Shown in pieces: positions 1 through 23,289 of a stretch of DNA of 64,000 nucleotides; position 1 is the first letter of the stretch; each line of letters opens with the position of its first letter. The stretch comes from Amoebidium appalachense (taxonomy: Eukaryota; Protista; Ichthyosporea): positions 9,258,554 through 9,322,553 of the forward strand of contig CAVNZM010000010.1 of the NCBI GenBank assembly GCA_963693365.1. The letters run 5' to 3'. The notes under the pieces were generated by a model. The model did not search any database and was not told the DNA's origin. It saw nothing but the letters and a program-made list of their open reading frames with translations. The position numbers were made by a program, and so were the translations under genes.

Positions 1-128
1 ACCTACGCTATCAGGGCATATCTTCTACATTACATGCGATTCCTTATTTCTTACATAAAATTCAATAGCCACAATATCACACTCGGTGGCCACCATGCGC
101 ATGCGCGATAGAACCCTTCGAAACCATT

Positions 129-174
<46 letters not shown>

Positions 175-495
175 GTAAACTATTTCCGTGTTATAAACAG
201 GAACCTTAGAATTCACCTACTGAAAATCGAAACAATTTGCTCATCATTCACCTATTCAAAAATCAGCACAACCACCATCATCCATAGTCGCACCTGTTGC
301 AGACACATACATGCCAAATTCGTCATGATACCCCCGAATTTTCATTTCAACTTTCCGCAATATATCACAAATCCACCCTGATACCCTCGAAATGTCCTTC
401 CAACTGTCCACCATATCTCACAGGGCCTCTGCCAGCTCTGCCATGCCCACCCCGTTCTGTGCACCCCCCTGGTTGGCCTGCAGCCCATATGAGTG

Positions 496-1902
496 CTAGG
501 GTGCAACGTGCAATGGGCTGGGTGGGTTGTAGTGTGGGCTGGCTGGGGAGTAGCGTGTGTCCCTGTCTCGTGCCGGTGAGTAGCTGCGCACCGAGTCTCG
601 CCTTGGGCTGTAGTCGGAGGAGGAGTCACGGCGGCGACGGCGGCGGCAACGGTCGTACGGGGAGTAGGGGGAGCTGTATCTGCCGTCACTGTGCCTGCGC
701 CTGGCCTGCGGGTGGCCACCTTGGCCTCGAGGGCCTCTATTCTCACCCGCAGAGCACTGGCCTCCCTCACAGCAAGCAGCACGTGCGCCCCTGCCTCCGC
801 CTGCAGGTGTGCTCCCACCTCGCTGCGCTGCACCATGGCCCCACAGCCCCCCACGGGGCACGTGACCTGTGTGTGTGCACACTCGTCGGCCACGTGGCTG
901 TCCAGGCGGCTGCGGGGCACCCACACCTGGCACGTGCACTGCACACGGCACGTGGTCTCGTGCTCTGCCGGGGGGGTGGACCAGTGTGTGTAAGCCGGTA
1001 GTGGGGTTGGGGTAGGGGTGTGTAGATGGGCAGGTAGGTGGCCAGTGGCCGGGGTAAAGAGGACCGGGTGGGTGGTTGCTTGGGTGAATGGGTGGGTTGG
1101 GTGTGTGGGTGGGTGGGTGGGTGGGTGGGTGGGTGGGTGGGTGGGTGGGTGGGTGGGGTTGAGAGATGGGCCTCATGGGCAGGCAGCTTGGCCCAGCAGA
1201 CGGGTGTGCAGGTGGGTGTGGAAATAATGTATAAGTGGCTATCCAGAAATGTTTTTGCTCCCACGTGCACGTGAATGTGCTTGCTGCTTCAAGCTGCGGC
1301 TAAAAACAATGCATGCGCGTGGGGCAGGCTGAGTTCCCCCCTCCCCCCTTCCCCCCTCCCCGCTCCCCCTTCCCCCTCACCTGTTATGCAAGCAATCCAA
1401 ACACGTGTGCGATGGTAAAAACGCACCTTCGAGGCAACGGGAGGGCAGCTCCTTGCCGCAGTGTGTGCAGGGCACGGGGCGGTGCGCACAGCCAAGCACG
1501 TGCGCGTCTATGTCTTCACTGGACCCTTCCACGCAGCAGCCACTGTGGGGGCTGCGGTGCTGGCTGCCTGCCACATCGCAGCCCGTGGCCCGCCAGGACG
1601 CCGAGGGTGGGTGTCTGCAGGCAGCCGGCCGCACGGTGGTCGCAGGGCAGCCGCAGGGCCGCGTGCAGCCGTTGCAGCGCCTCAGAGCGTGGCGGGCTGG
1701 CTCCAGTGCGCTGCTGGGAGCGTTTGCACGTGGGACAGGCGGAGCGGTGCCGCAAGGAGGTGGCCAGGCAGGGCGTGCAGAACAGGTGCCCGCACGACGT
1801 CTCGGACAGCTGGCCCACAGCAGGCACGCACCAGCACACGGCACACACATACTCACGTGCGCGCTCAGGGTCGCTGAAGCGCTCAGGTGCGTAGGCAACC
1901 AT
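496..1902 (-). CDS. RING finger plus TRAF-type zinc finger protein with coiled coil and Arg/Ser/YSP-rich tail; two apparent frameshifts (possible pseudogene or sequence errors)
   Basis: ATG at 1902. C3HC4 RING CAVC...CGHLFCTPC...CPTC, then TRAF-like fingers (CDHRAAGC, HSGCC..HVLGC, CTHC, CTC..HVADEC, CPVGGC). One GT-AG intron at about 966-1426. Frame switches near 1550 and near 710. The GC3-rich tail ends at TAG 496. Confidence 0.75.
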
Positions 1903-2431
1903 GTTTACGCTGTGCACAAACAAGCAATGGAAGGGCAAGATCTCCCAAAAAAAGCCAAAAATACGTAAACTACCGAGGGAACTTTTGTAACTTTGTATCT
2001 CTTTCTGGTGTGCTAATACAGAAAACCTGTTGGAAGTTTAAGCACTGCATGTGGTAACCATCACAGTGTTTGTGCCGAAAGTGAAGGGCGTGGTCGTGCT
2101 GCAGGCTTCAGCTCACTGTGGTTGCATGCGGTGCCGCTGTCTGGCTGTTGGGTCACAGTGAGTAGCTACAAGAGTGAGGTGAACCGGCTTGACCCCCTAT
2201 AGTCTTACGCAACCACAATCAGTGTCGCTGAGCTGGGGTTTATACACTACTTATGAGCTGCACGGCATAGTACTCGGGGTTTACACACTTTTTATTGCGT
2301 GGACATTGCCGGAGGCCCAGCCACATTCGACGGCCTACTGCGTTTTCCAGCACAGCCAATCAGATGCAGCCAGTGACATATGTGTAGGCAACAATGAGCG
2401 CCATCGTAGTATCTGACACCCCTATTACACA

Positions 2432-3691
2432 TTATGGGTAAGCAGAGGCTAGCATCGGTAGCTCCGAAAGAAAGTTAAGGCACCGGATCACAATATCATA
2501 CTGTGCAGCATTAATAAGGTGATCTAGGATAGTCATCTTAAAACGGATATATTGAGGAAGAGAGGGAGAAAAGAGAATAAAACCGCCAATAACCTCCGGT
2601 TCTAATACACTAGCTAACAGGTTGCATTTATTGATAGATATGCAGCCGCGAGTAAACCGCCCCCCACACATATTACACATACGAGCAGGAGACACCAGAA
2701 ACCGATTACACCGCCAAGCCATAATCATCTTTGCGTTTTTACACCACACCACATTACGAATAAACGAATCTATGTATGAACGAGACTCTCTAACCGTATC
2801 CGCCATATAGGCTACTAGTAGTGGGTGTTTGTGCGGTCCTAACACCGGAAGGGACTCAACACGTAGAGTAAAAAGATATCTATCAGCCATAGACTTGAAA
2901 CTATTCATATTCACACTATGATCTAGCCGTACCTCCGGGGGGGTCGCCAGCCATTCCACATAGCGCTCGGCAATGGGCAGAGACGATGGGGAAGGGAAGA
3001 GGTACAGGGGCGAATCCGGCGGGGATGCGTGTAGCCGGAAGAGCGGGTGGTCCGGGGCACAAGCGGACAGGCGGGTGATGTGCTCGTGAAATTTAAGGGC
3101 TAATTCGTGTACGCGTTGTGATGGTGGTGTGAGTGCGTAGAGAGAATCAAAAAGGCGTCTAGGGATAGGTGTGGAAAGACCAGTGAGAAACATACAACAA
3201 GTTGTGTAATGGAAATCATCTAATGATTTGAGGACATTAGTAACAGTATCAGGGGGTGCCATAGCTAGTAAGGGCAACCCGTATTCCGACAAAGGGCGAA
3301 TATATGTGCGAAATATACTAAGACGATTGTATAGGTGGACAGTATGAGAAAGAGTAGCAAGATACACATCCCGAAATAACCGAAGACACCTGCCTGCACT
3401 CTCCACCCGACGGTCGATCATCCGTTTGAAACATATGCCCCATTCGTCCACCGGAATCCCCAAATACTTGTATTCGATTGGGCGAGGGAGGGGACTGCCG
3501 AAGATACAAACGTCGTCCCATGCCGGTATCGATTTTGATAAAAGGGCACACTTTTTGACATTAATCTGCATATCGTGGCGCTGGCACCAATGTTCAACCA
3601 CACGAATGTATTGCCGTAGTTCGAGAGGATCGGATGACATAAGCACAATATCGTCGGCAAAAAAGAGGGCGGGAGGAGCCTGGGATGGCAA
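2432..3691 (-). mobile_element. 5'-truncated non-LTR (LINE-like) retrotransposon ORF2 fragment: RT C-terminal half plus Cys-rich C-terminal domain
   Basis: Intronless 419-aa ORF with FFADDI catalytic motif, INVKKC, YKYLGI and YIRPLSEYGL, plus C-terminal CNMC...C. AT-richer than host genes. The ORF starts only about 8 aa before the FADD motif, so it is truncated. Confidence 0.9.
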
Positions 3692-3736
3692 CCTCCACGT
3701 CTAGCGGCTGGAAAGGGTCGAAATGATGGGGTTGGT

Positions 3737-3873
3737 AGGATAAAACCAGTTTATATATATCAAGATAATACAAGAGTACGCGGTAAATAACAACAACAAG
3801 TGTAAGGATAAAACCAGTTTATATATATCAAGATAATACAAGAGTACACTGTAAATAACAACAACAAGTGTAA
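3737..3873. repeat. 68-bp direct tandem duplication next to the LINE 5' truncation point
   Basis: aggataaaaccagtttatatatatcaagataatacaagagtac..gtaaataacaacaacaagtgta occurs at 3737 and 3805. Confidence 0.9.
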
Positions 3874-4053
3874 ACCCCCAACAACTGCTAAACAGAAAAA
3901 GAAAACCCTAACTAGGCGAGTTAGGGGGAATAATGGTGATTACGTAGCGCTTGCTTGATTGGTTGCGTCTTGGGATGACCAAAAAGGCGGGAAAACCGCA
4001 GATTGCTACAATGGTCACTCTGAGTGCTGTCTGCCCTGCGGCCTTTTCTTTTC

Positions 4054-4085
<32 letters not shown>

Positions 4086-4824
4086 AAGGTTGCCGCAGAT
4101 CCCGCGGCGTAGTAATGCCCGGCCACTTACTTAGCATGGCATAGCAGACTGCAGGAACTTTGACCATGCTCTTGTATAGCAAGTCTGGCGTCTACGTCAT
4201 GGTAGACTAGCCGGACATAATGATAGGTCAGCCCGAGCCGCTGGGGGACAGCGACTGCTATATTTTATGACACCGTATCGTACGTGTATCTTTTGTTTCC
4301 ACGAGTTTTGCCTTGAATTTCCACGCCAGATATGTACATACACGTATCACTACAAACCTTCATTCTTTAGTAGTGGCTTCTGTTTTACAGACTGAAACTA
4401 ACATGCCCGTGTCATGGCATTGTGCCATGAGGAGCCACATGTGCGTCCTACATGCATAAGCTACGTTGTCCCCTCTCGAGACACATTCGGTAATACACAT
4501 CACGGATCACCCGCGTACAAAAAAAACAAAACATAAGCAAAGGCAGCACACATGCACACACACCATCTCGCCATGCTATCTAACACATGCACGCATGGCA
4601 CGCTCTCACACGTGCCCAGTATCATATGCTGATACAGCCTAGACACACAGCTCGCCTGTACGAATACAGACACGTGCAGACCCCCCCCCCCCCCCCCCCC
4701 CCTCCCCCCCACCAATACACCGTTGGGCCACACGCACCTCCTCCCCCCCCCCCCCCCTCGCCCCCATCCTTCCCCCCAACAGGCTCTCCTCCAACCCCCT
4801 CCCCCCAACCCTCACCCCCTCCCC

Positions 4825-7228
<2,404 letters not shown>

Positions 7229-7619
7229 GCCAGGAAGGGGGGCGCACGGCAGCCAAGTGGAAACCTACGAGCCGTCGAAAGACCCAATTCGAGGTCACAG
7301 TGATGAGTCAGAGGGGCGCGCCTGCTGTCTATTTTTGGGGAGCTGAGCATGCGCAATGCGGAGGCCTGCCACAAGAGATTAGGAGGCCTTGGGCGGCTGC
7401 CGGCAGGCCCCAAGGCTAGGGGGCAAGGTTGGCGCCAAAACCACTCAACAGCCAATCAGCACCGCGCCTTTGTGATCTCAGAACACGGCGTTCCACTTTT
7501 ACGTGGGGAGAGGTGTGCGCAGCGGCCCAGACACTCCCAGACTCGAGTTCTCGGCAGCCAAGCAGTCACACGGCCGGCACGGGCCAACATCAGCAGCAAC
7601 GCGTGGCACAGCAGCAGCC
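7229..7619. promoter_or_regulatory. Bidirectional promoter XRCC2/AAR2 with E2F-type site, CCAAT box and AP-1-like site
   Basis: About 390 bp between divergent ATGs. TTGGCGCCAAAA at 7429-7440, GCCAATCAG at 7451, TGAGTCA at 7304-7310. Confidence 0.55.
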
Positions 7620-15873
<8,254 letters not shown>

Positions 15874-16307
15874 CGGGCCATGTGGGGTGGTCGGTGGGGC
15901 ACATCACGTGTGGCCCCGGTGTATAGGGGGCACTATAGTACTTTGTATGTACGAACACACTGCGAATGACAGGATTATATGTTCATGTGCTGCACCGCAG
16001 CAGACTAAAAAGGCTTATATTATGTACCGAATGCACACTATGTATCATAGAACAAGGGGAAAGCACCAAAAAAAATGCGTGGCATACACACGCACCAATA
16101 AAAATGCACCAATAAAAATGCACGTGTCACCGATCACGTGCACATGCACCTGCCTGCCTGCAGCCAGACCCAGTCAGGCCCACATATCCCGGCCCTAATC
16201 TAGAACTAAACCCCAGGGGGGCGGCATCCAACGAACACATGCACAGGCCCAGCCTGGCTGCCTGATGGGCTGGCACAACCACCAATAGGCACGAGGGATT
16301 AAAAGCA

Positions 16308-16523
16308 TTAAAAGACGCCGGGCAGGATGCGGTAGGGCACGGCCTTGCAGTACTCCTCCCAGTACTTGCCGTACTTGCCCCGGCACCTGCAACCACCGTC
16401 AGCACACAGCCGACACCATGCCACACAGGCCCTAACAAAGAGGTGACGGCCACAGAGAGCATGGTCCCTCCACACACATGCCAGGCTGCACACACACACA
16501 CACACACACAGACATGCCAGGGT

Positions 16524-16562
<39 letters not shown>

Positions 16563-16573
16563 TGCCAGGCTGT

Positions 16574-16638
<65 letters not shown>

Positions 16639-16665
16639 TGCCAGGCTGTGCACGCACGCACACAC

Positions 16666-16717
<52 letters not shown>

Positions 16718-16753
16718 TCCAGGCTGTGCACACACACACACACATGCCAGGCT

Positions 16754-16807
<54 letters not shown>

Positions 16808-16841
16808 TCCAGGCTGTGCACACACACACACACATGCCAGG

Positions 16842-16911
<70 letters not shown>

Positions 16912-17198
16912 TCCAGGCTGTGCACACACACACACACACACACACGCACACACGCACACAGACATGCCAGGCTGCACACACACACACACACACAAACACA
17001 CACGCACACACATACAGACACACATGCCAGGCTGTGCACACAAACACACATGCCAGTCTGTGCACACACACACGCACACATGCCAGGCTATGCACACACA
17101 CACACACACACATACACACACACACACACACACATGCCAGGCTGTACACACACACACACATTACACACACACACACACACACACACATGCCAGGCTGT

Positions 17199-17279
<81 letters not shown>

Positions 17280-17290
17280 CCAGGCTGTAC

Positions 17291-17329
<39 letters not shown>

Positions 17330-17409
17330 CCAGGCTGTGCACACACACACACATGCCAGGCTGCACACACACATACACACACACGCTGCACACACACACA
17401 CATGCCACG

Positions 17410-17477
<68 letters not shown>

Positions 17478-18733
17478 CAGGCTGTACAGACACACACACA
17501 CATGCCAGGCTGCACACACACACACCCACACACCCACACCCACCCACCCACCCACCTGTCCTCGTCCCTGTAGCTGCGGCCAATCAGCAGGGCGGTCATG
17601 TAGAGGATGTAGAAGTAGGGCAGCGGGTGGCTGAAGCCGCAGGTCAGGCAGAAAGCCGTGCTGATCATCAAATCACCAATGTAGTTGGCGTGCCGAGACA
17701 GACCCCACCAGCCGGACGTCAGAAGCAGCGACTCACGCTGCGGTTGACTTGGTCAGAAAACGTGCACAGGCAGGATAGGTAAGCGTGCACAAACATGGGT
17801 GCAGGGGCACAGGCAGGATAGGTAAGCGTGCACAAACATGGGTGCACAAACGCAGGCAAGAACACGAGCACAGGCTTAGTACGTGGGGGCTACCTTGTTG
17901 CCGTCTGCCGTAGCAAACTCAGCCCTTATGAACTTTGCCGGTTTGCCCCAGATTGCACACTGGCCGTTGCTGGACCGGAATTTGTCCTTCTGGTCGTTGA
18001 CACTGCGGAAGATGTAGTAGCCCCCCAGCCCTAGAACCCCCCCCCCCCCCCCCCCCGTCACAAATTTGCACGGCCACATGAGACATAGCCCCCCAGCCCT
18101 AGAACCCCCCCGTCACAAATTTGCACGGCCACATGACACATAGCCCCCCAGCCCTAGAACCCCCCCGGCACCAATTTGCATAGCGACATGCATGCCTGTG
18201 CGTATTTATGTCGGTGTGCATGCACGAGTGCATGCCTGTGTGCTGTGCGCCTACCGAGTGCCATGATGAGTGCAGCAGCCAGGGGGCTCAGCACCACGGG
18301 GTACTGCACGAGATAGAAGGCCTGCAGCGTGTACATCACAGGCAGCCACGTCGCATCCCCCCACGCCAGATAGAACCCTGCAGCCCCCCCCATCAGCACA
18401 TGCACATGCACAGGCAAACAGGGTGACACGTCCATGCCTAACGTGTAGCACTATGTTCCACGCAACCCTCCCCCCCTCCTCCCCCCTGCCCCCCGCCCTG
18501 CCCCCAGGCCTCCCCACAAATGCACATGTATTACACTGCTAACGAGCACCTAGGGCATTGATCGACTTTTTGCGGCCACATGCCCACACACCCACAGGCA
18601 CCACATCCCCTGTGCACAGCCAAGCACGCAGGGACTCACCGAAGTGGTCGTGGCAGATGTCGATGGTGCGCAGGTACCAGTCCTCGTTCCAGAAGAAATC
18701 AACAACGTACAGCGCATGCAGCACGTTGAGAAT

Positions 18734-18811
<78 letters not shown>

Positions 18812-20804
18812 CTTGTTTTTGTTTGTGTAGAGGGGTGTATCAGTATTTAGGTGTATACATGTGTGTGCAGGTGTGAATGAGTGTGTCAGTGTGTGGGTCC
18901 TAATCGCAAGTGTGTGCCATATGTGAATAATTAGCTCTGATTGTCCACATGTGATTGTGTGCATGTGTGTATCCACAATCAGCCCATACGGCTGCAAGTT
19001 GAAGCATGTGTGAGTGTGCATAGACGTATTGCTGCCTTGCATTGGCTGTTGGTAGGCATCGATGTGCACGTGTGTATGTGCAGATGTTTGTACGTTTGGG
19101 TGCGCATGTTTGTCACATGTCTTGTGAATAAATGTGCATGGCCACGGGTTGATTCTTTTATCCAGCATACTTGGCTTGCAAGCCCAGATGCAACGAGGGA
19201 CACAAGCACGTGCACGCACACCCACACAAACACAGCATGTGCAAACAACACAAACACACTCACGCACGCACACTGCACGTGCACACACCATGGACCAGGT
19301 GACGGTGCCGTGCATCTCATACTGCTTGGCCGCACACGACAGGTTGATGAGTGTCCACAGCACAATGCCGATGCGCCCTGCAGTGAACACGTGCCACACC
19401 CCCCCATGCACATGTCAGCACCCATGTAACACACACCCCCATGCACGTGCCACACACACACACCCTCATGCACGTGCCACACACACACACCCCCATACAC
19501 GTGCCACATACCCCCATGCACGTGCCACATACCCCCATGCACGTGCCACACACCCCCATGCACGTGCCACACACACACACACCCCCATGCATGTGCCACA
19601 CACACACACACCCCCATGCACGTGCCACACACACACACACCCCCATGCACGTGCCACACACACACACACACACCCATGCACGTGCCACACACACACACCC
19701 CCATGCACGTGTCACACACCCCCATGCACGTGCCACACACCCCCATGCACGTGCCATACACACACACACCCCCATGCATGTGCCACACACACACACACCC
19801 CCATGCACGTGCCACACACACACACACCCCCATGCACGTGCCACACACACACACACCCCCATGCACGTGCCACACACACACACCCCCATGCACGTGCCAC
19901 ACACCCCCATGCACGTGCCACACACACACACACCCATGCACGTGCCACACACACACACACACACACACACACCCATGCACGTGCCACACACACACACACG
20001 CACGTGCCACACACCCCCATGCACGTGCCACACACACACACACACATGCACGTGCCACACACACCCATGCACGTGCCACACACACCCATGCACGTGCCAC
20101 ACACACACACACACCCATGCACGTGCCACACACACACACACACACCCTCATGCACGTGCCACACACACCCCCCATGCACGTGCCACACACACACACACAC
20201 CCCCATGCACGTGCCACACACACACACACCCACATGCACGTGCCACACACGCACCGTTGTGGAACAGCTTGAAGTCCAGGTTTCCGATTCTTGGGTTGAG
20301 CTCGACCCCCATGAAGAAGTCGTAGACGAGAGACCCGCTGAACTTGCAGTCGTCAGGGTGGGTCGGGGCAACATATGCTGCAGGGGGTGTCAGTGTAAGG
20401 CCATCACAGTGGGGTGGGCATGTGGGGCATGTGGGGTATGTGGGGTATGTGGGGTATGCGGCACGGGTATGTGGGGTATGTGGGGTATGTGGGGTATGCG
20501 GCATGGGCATGTGGGGTATGTGGGGTATGCGGCATGGGCATGTGGGGTATGTGGGGTATGTGGGGTATGTGGGGTATGCGGCATGGGTATGTGGGGTATG
20601 CAGGGTATGTGGGGTATGCGGCATGGGTATGTGGGGTATGTGGGGTATGCGGGGTATGCGGCATGGGCATGTGGGGTATGTGGGGTATGCGGCATGGGGT
20701 GACATGCAGCACCATACACACACACACAGGGGCACGATCATGTGGGCTACACCGCAGCTTGGCAGAGGGGATGTGGGTGCCGTGTGAGGCCAAGGCTCCA
20801 GTGG

Positions 20805-20840
<36 letters not shown>

Positions 20841-21319
20841 AGGTGAGCATGCTTGAAGTGCACTGCATGGGGCTATACATCCGGCATGCCATTTAGATAG
20901 CTCATGTGCGTGAATGGTTCAACCTTCTCAATCAGACAGAATAAAGTTACTTAGGTGAGCAGACAGCATCAAGCAAGAGGGGTGATATGTGTCTGGGCTG
21001 CAGGTTGCTGCCGTAAACAGAAGGCAAGGCAGACCCCACAGGGGGGTGGGGTTGGGGAGGCGGAGCGGGGATGGGGGGAGGGGGCAGGGCCCGGACCCTT
21101 GATGAAGGAAAAGACAGCCAGGGCAAAGCCATAGGCCATCATGCACCAGACCAGACCGGCCCAGTGGTCGTAGATGATGGTGGGTGACAGCAGGCCCACG
21201 TAGGACAGCCCCACATACAGCACATGCGTCACCACCCACACGTTGAATCCTGCACACCCCCACAGTCTCAGCATCCCCCTGTCCCTCCCCCACCCCCCTT
21301 CCCCCCCACCCCCTCCCCT

Positions 21320-21359
<40 letters not shown>

Positions 21360-21642
21360 CACCCACGGCAGGCACGTACCGTTGACCAGGTAGGGCAGCT
21401 TGTGGCCGGCAGGGGTCAGCTGACCGTAACCAGTAGGGCCGGGCAGGTACAGGGCCATGACCAGCTGGTACAGCAGCCAGGCCCCGTACAGCTGCGTGGC
21501 TGCAAGTGTGGGCCCCGGCACCTGCACTTGAATGGCTTAGTGGCAGGTGGGGGCATGACGCTGGGGGGGAAGGGGAGGGGAAGGGAGGAGGGAGGGGGGG
21601 GGATTTGGGGGCAGCAGGTGACCCATGGTTGAGGTGAACACA

Positions 21643-21685
<43 letters not shown>

Positions 21686-23289
21686 CGCGTTCGCGACACT
21701 ACGTATCTCGCTCTGTGTGTTTCTGCCCACGTCTCCGATGTATGTACGGTTGGATGTTTGCATGTGTGCCGGCGTGCCTGTGCTTTTATGGAATGGCGGC
21801 TTTTTCGCTTTGGTTTTGCATGCCTCTTACTGTACAGGTGCACGCGTGTGTGTGCATGTGAGATTGTGTGGGTGACCTCGTTTTAAACTGCGTGCTCGTA
21901 TGTGTGTGTGTGTGTGTGTGTGTGTGCGTGCGTGTGCGTGTGTGTGTATGTGTGTGTGTGTGTGTGTGTGTGTTTGTTTGTGTGTGTCTTTATGCGTCCT
22001 TCTTGGTTCCCCAGGACCCACCTCCGTTGCCAGCCAGTCAGCCAGGGGCTTGTCCGAAGCCAGCATGGCCTGTGCCGGTGCCAGAAGACTGCAGTCATAC
22101 TGCCCCATACGTGTCAGAGAGGGGGTACAGAAGAGGGGCACACGCACACACACACACACACACACACTCACACACACCACACCCAAACACAAGAAACATC
22201 ACACACAAACACGCGCATGTGTGGGCAAACAAACGCCAGCACTTCAGACGGTTCACATAAAAACCAGACGTAAGTCATTCCCCATACAGCTACTCGGCTG
22301 ATCATTGGCTAATATCGTCTTGCGACTACTTTTCCCTCTACTTTGCCTACCCATCAAAAGGGGCAAACAGCCCTACACGTCTGAGGTTGAGTGGTATAGG
22401 TGTTAGATAGTGTGTGCAAAGTGTTTGTGGCCCGGTGCATAAGGCACTCCTAGGAAGCCCCTACTTGCTCAACTAGAACACCCCAGGCCTAGCCCTTGCA
22501 CCATTGTTTCAGCTCTACTTATTCCCGGGAAGAGGAAGGCGGAGGGGGCCGGGGGGGGGGAGGGGGGGGGGGGGGTGTCACCTTGACCACGGCCAGCACG
22601 AAGTAGGCCACGCCTACAGGGGCAAAGGCCAGGATGCTGAACACCAACGCCACGTCGGCCCAGCTGATAGCCTGCAGCCCCAGTCAGCTGCCACTGCGCC
22701 CAAACGTGCGCGCTGTGCCACCAGCCCTGTAACTGGGGCAGTGCCAGCACCCAGCTCTCCCTCCTCCTTTAACTGTGGGAGTGCCAGCTCTCCCTCCTCC
22801 TCCAGCACCCCAGCTCTCCCTTCTCCTTTAACTGGGGGAGTGCCAGCACACCAGCTCTCCGGATCCCTCCCCCTTTGGGCTCCACCACGTTAACCCTGCC
22901 TTCCCAATCCCGTCCCCTCTCCCTTCTACCACCCGCCCCTTTTCCTTTCCACGCTCTCCCCCCCCCTCCCCCCCCCCCCCCCCCCCCCCCAAACCCCCCC
23001 ATTCATCCGTCCCCCCGCCTTTCCTCTCCCTATGTGGGCAGCAGGCAGCCACGTACCGAAGCACGGCCCCAGGCCGGGTTGACCTTGGCCTTCGGCTTAG
23101 CTGCAGCCTTGCCAGGGCTGTGGCCCGCCAGTTAGTATCCCGTCCCCCTCCCCCGAAAAGGCATAAAGGGTTTATGTTTTACGATGACTCTACACAGCAA
23201 GAAAAGGGGCACATGCATAGCACGCACCTGGCATGGTGCGACGCCGCAGCAACCGGACGTTGGCGAGGGTTGTTTGTGTTGGGCGCCAT
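16308..23289 (-). CDS. DHCR7: 7-dehydrocholesterol reductase (ERG4/ERG24 family), 13 exons
   Basis: Exons encode [123 protein letters not shown] and [38 protein letters not shown] and DFKLFHNGR are typical of DHCR7. Confidence 0.95.
16470..17525. repeat. Compound repeat: (CA)n tracts punctuated by atgccaggctg, filling the last DHCR7 intron
   Basis: More than 20 copies of tgccaggctg separated by variable-length CA runs. Confidence 0.9.
18018..18190 (-). repeat. Triplicated 3' splice site plus exon start in a DHCR7 intron
   Basis: tagccccccagccctagaacccccc..aatttgca at about 18018, 18086 and 18141. On the minus strand this reads ggggttctag|GGCTGGGGGGCTA. Confidence 0.9.
19388..20250. repeat. 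Minisatellite (ccccatgcacgtgccacaca(ca)n) filling a whole DHCR7 intron
   Basis: About 30 variable-length units running from the donor to the acceptor. Confidence 0.9.
20408..20700. repeat. 9-bp-based repeat (tgtggggta)n with gcggcatggg interruptions
   Basis: Seen directly in a DHCR7 intron. Confidence 0.9.

Noticed and set aside
4183-4216. Hairpin gtctggcgtctac..gtagactagccggac as a Helitron end or ncRNA
   Set aside because: No properly spaced CTRR terminus or other supporting feature.
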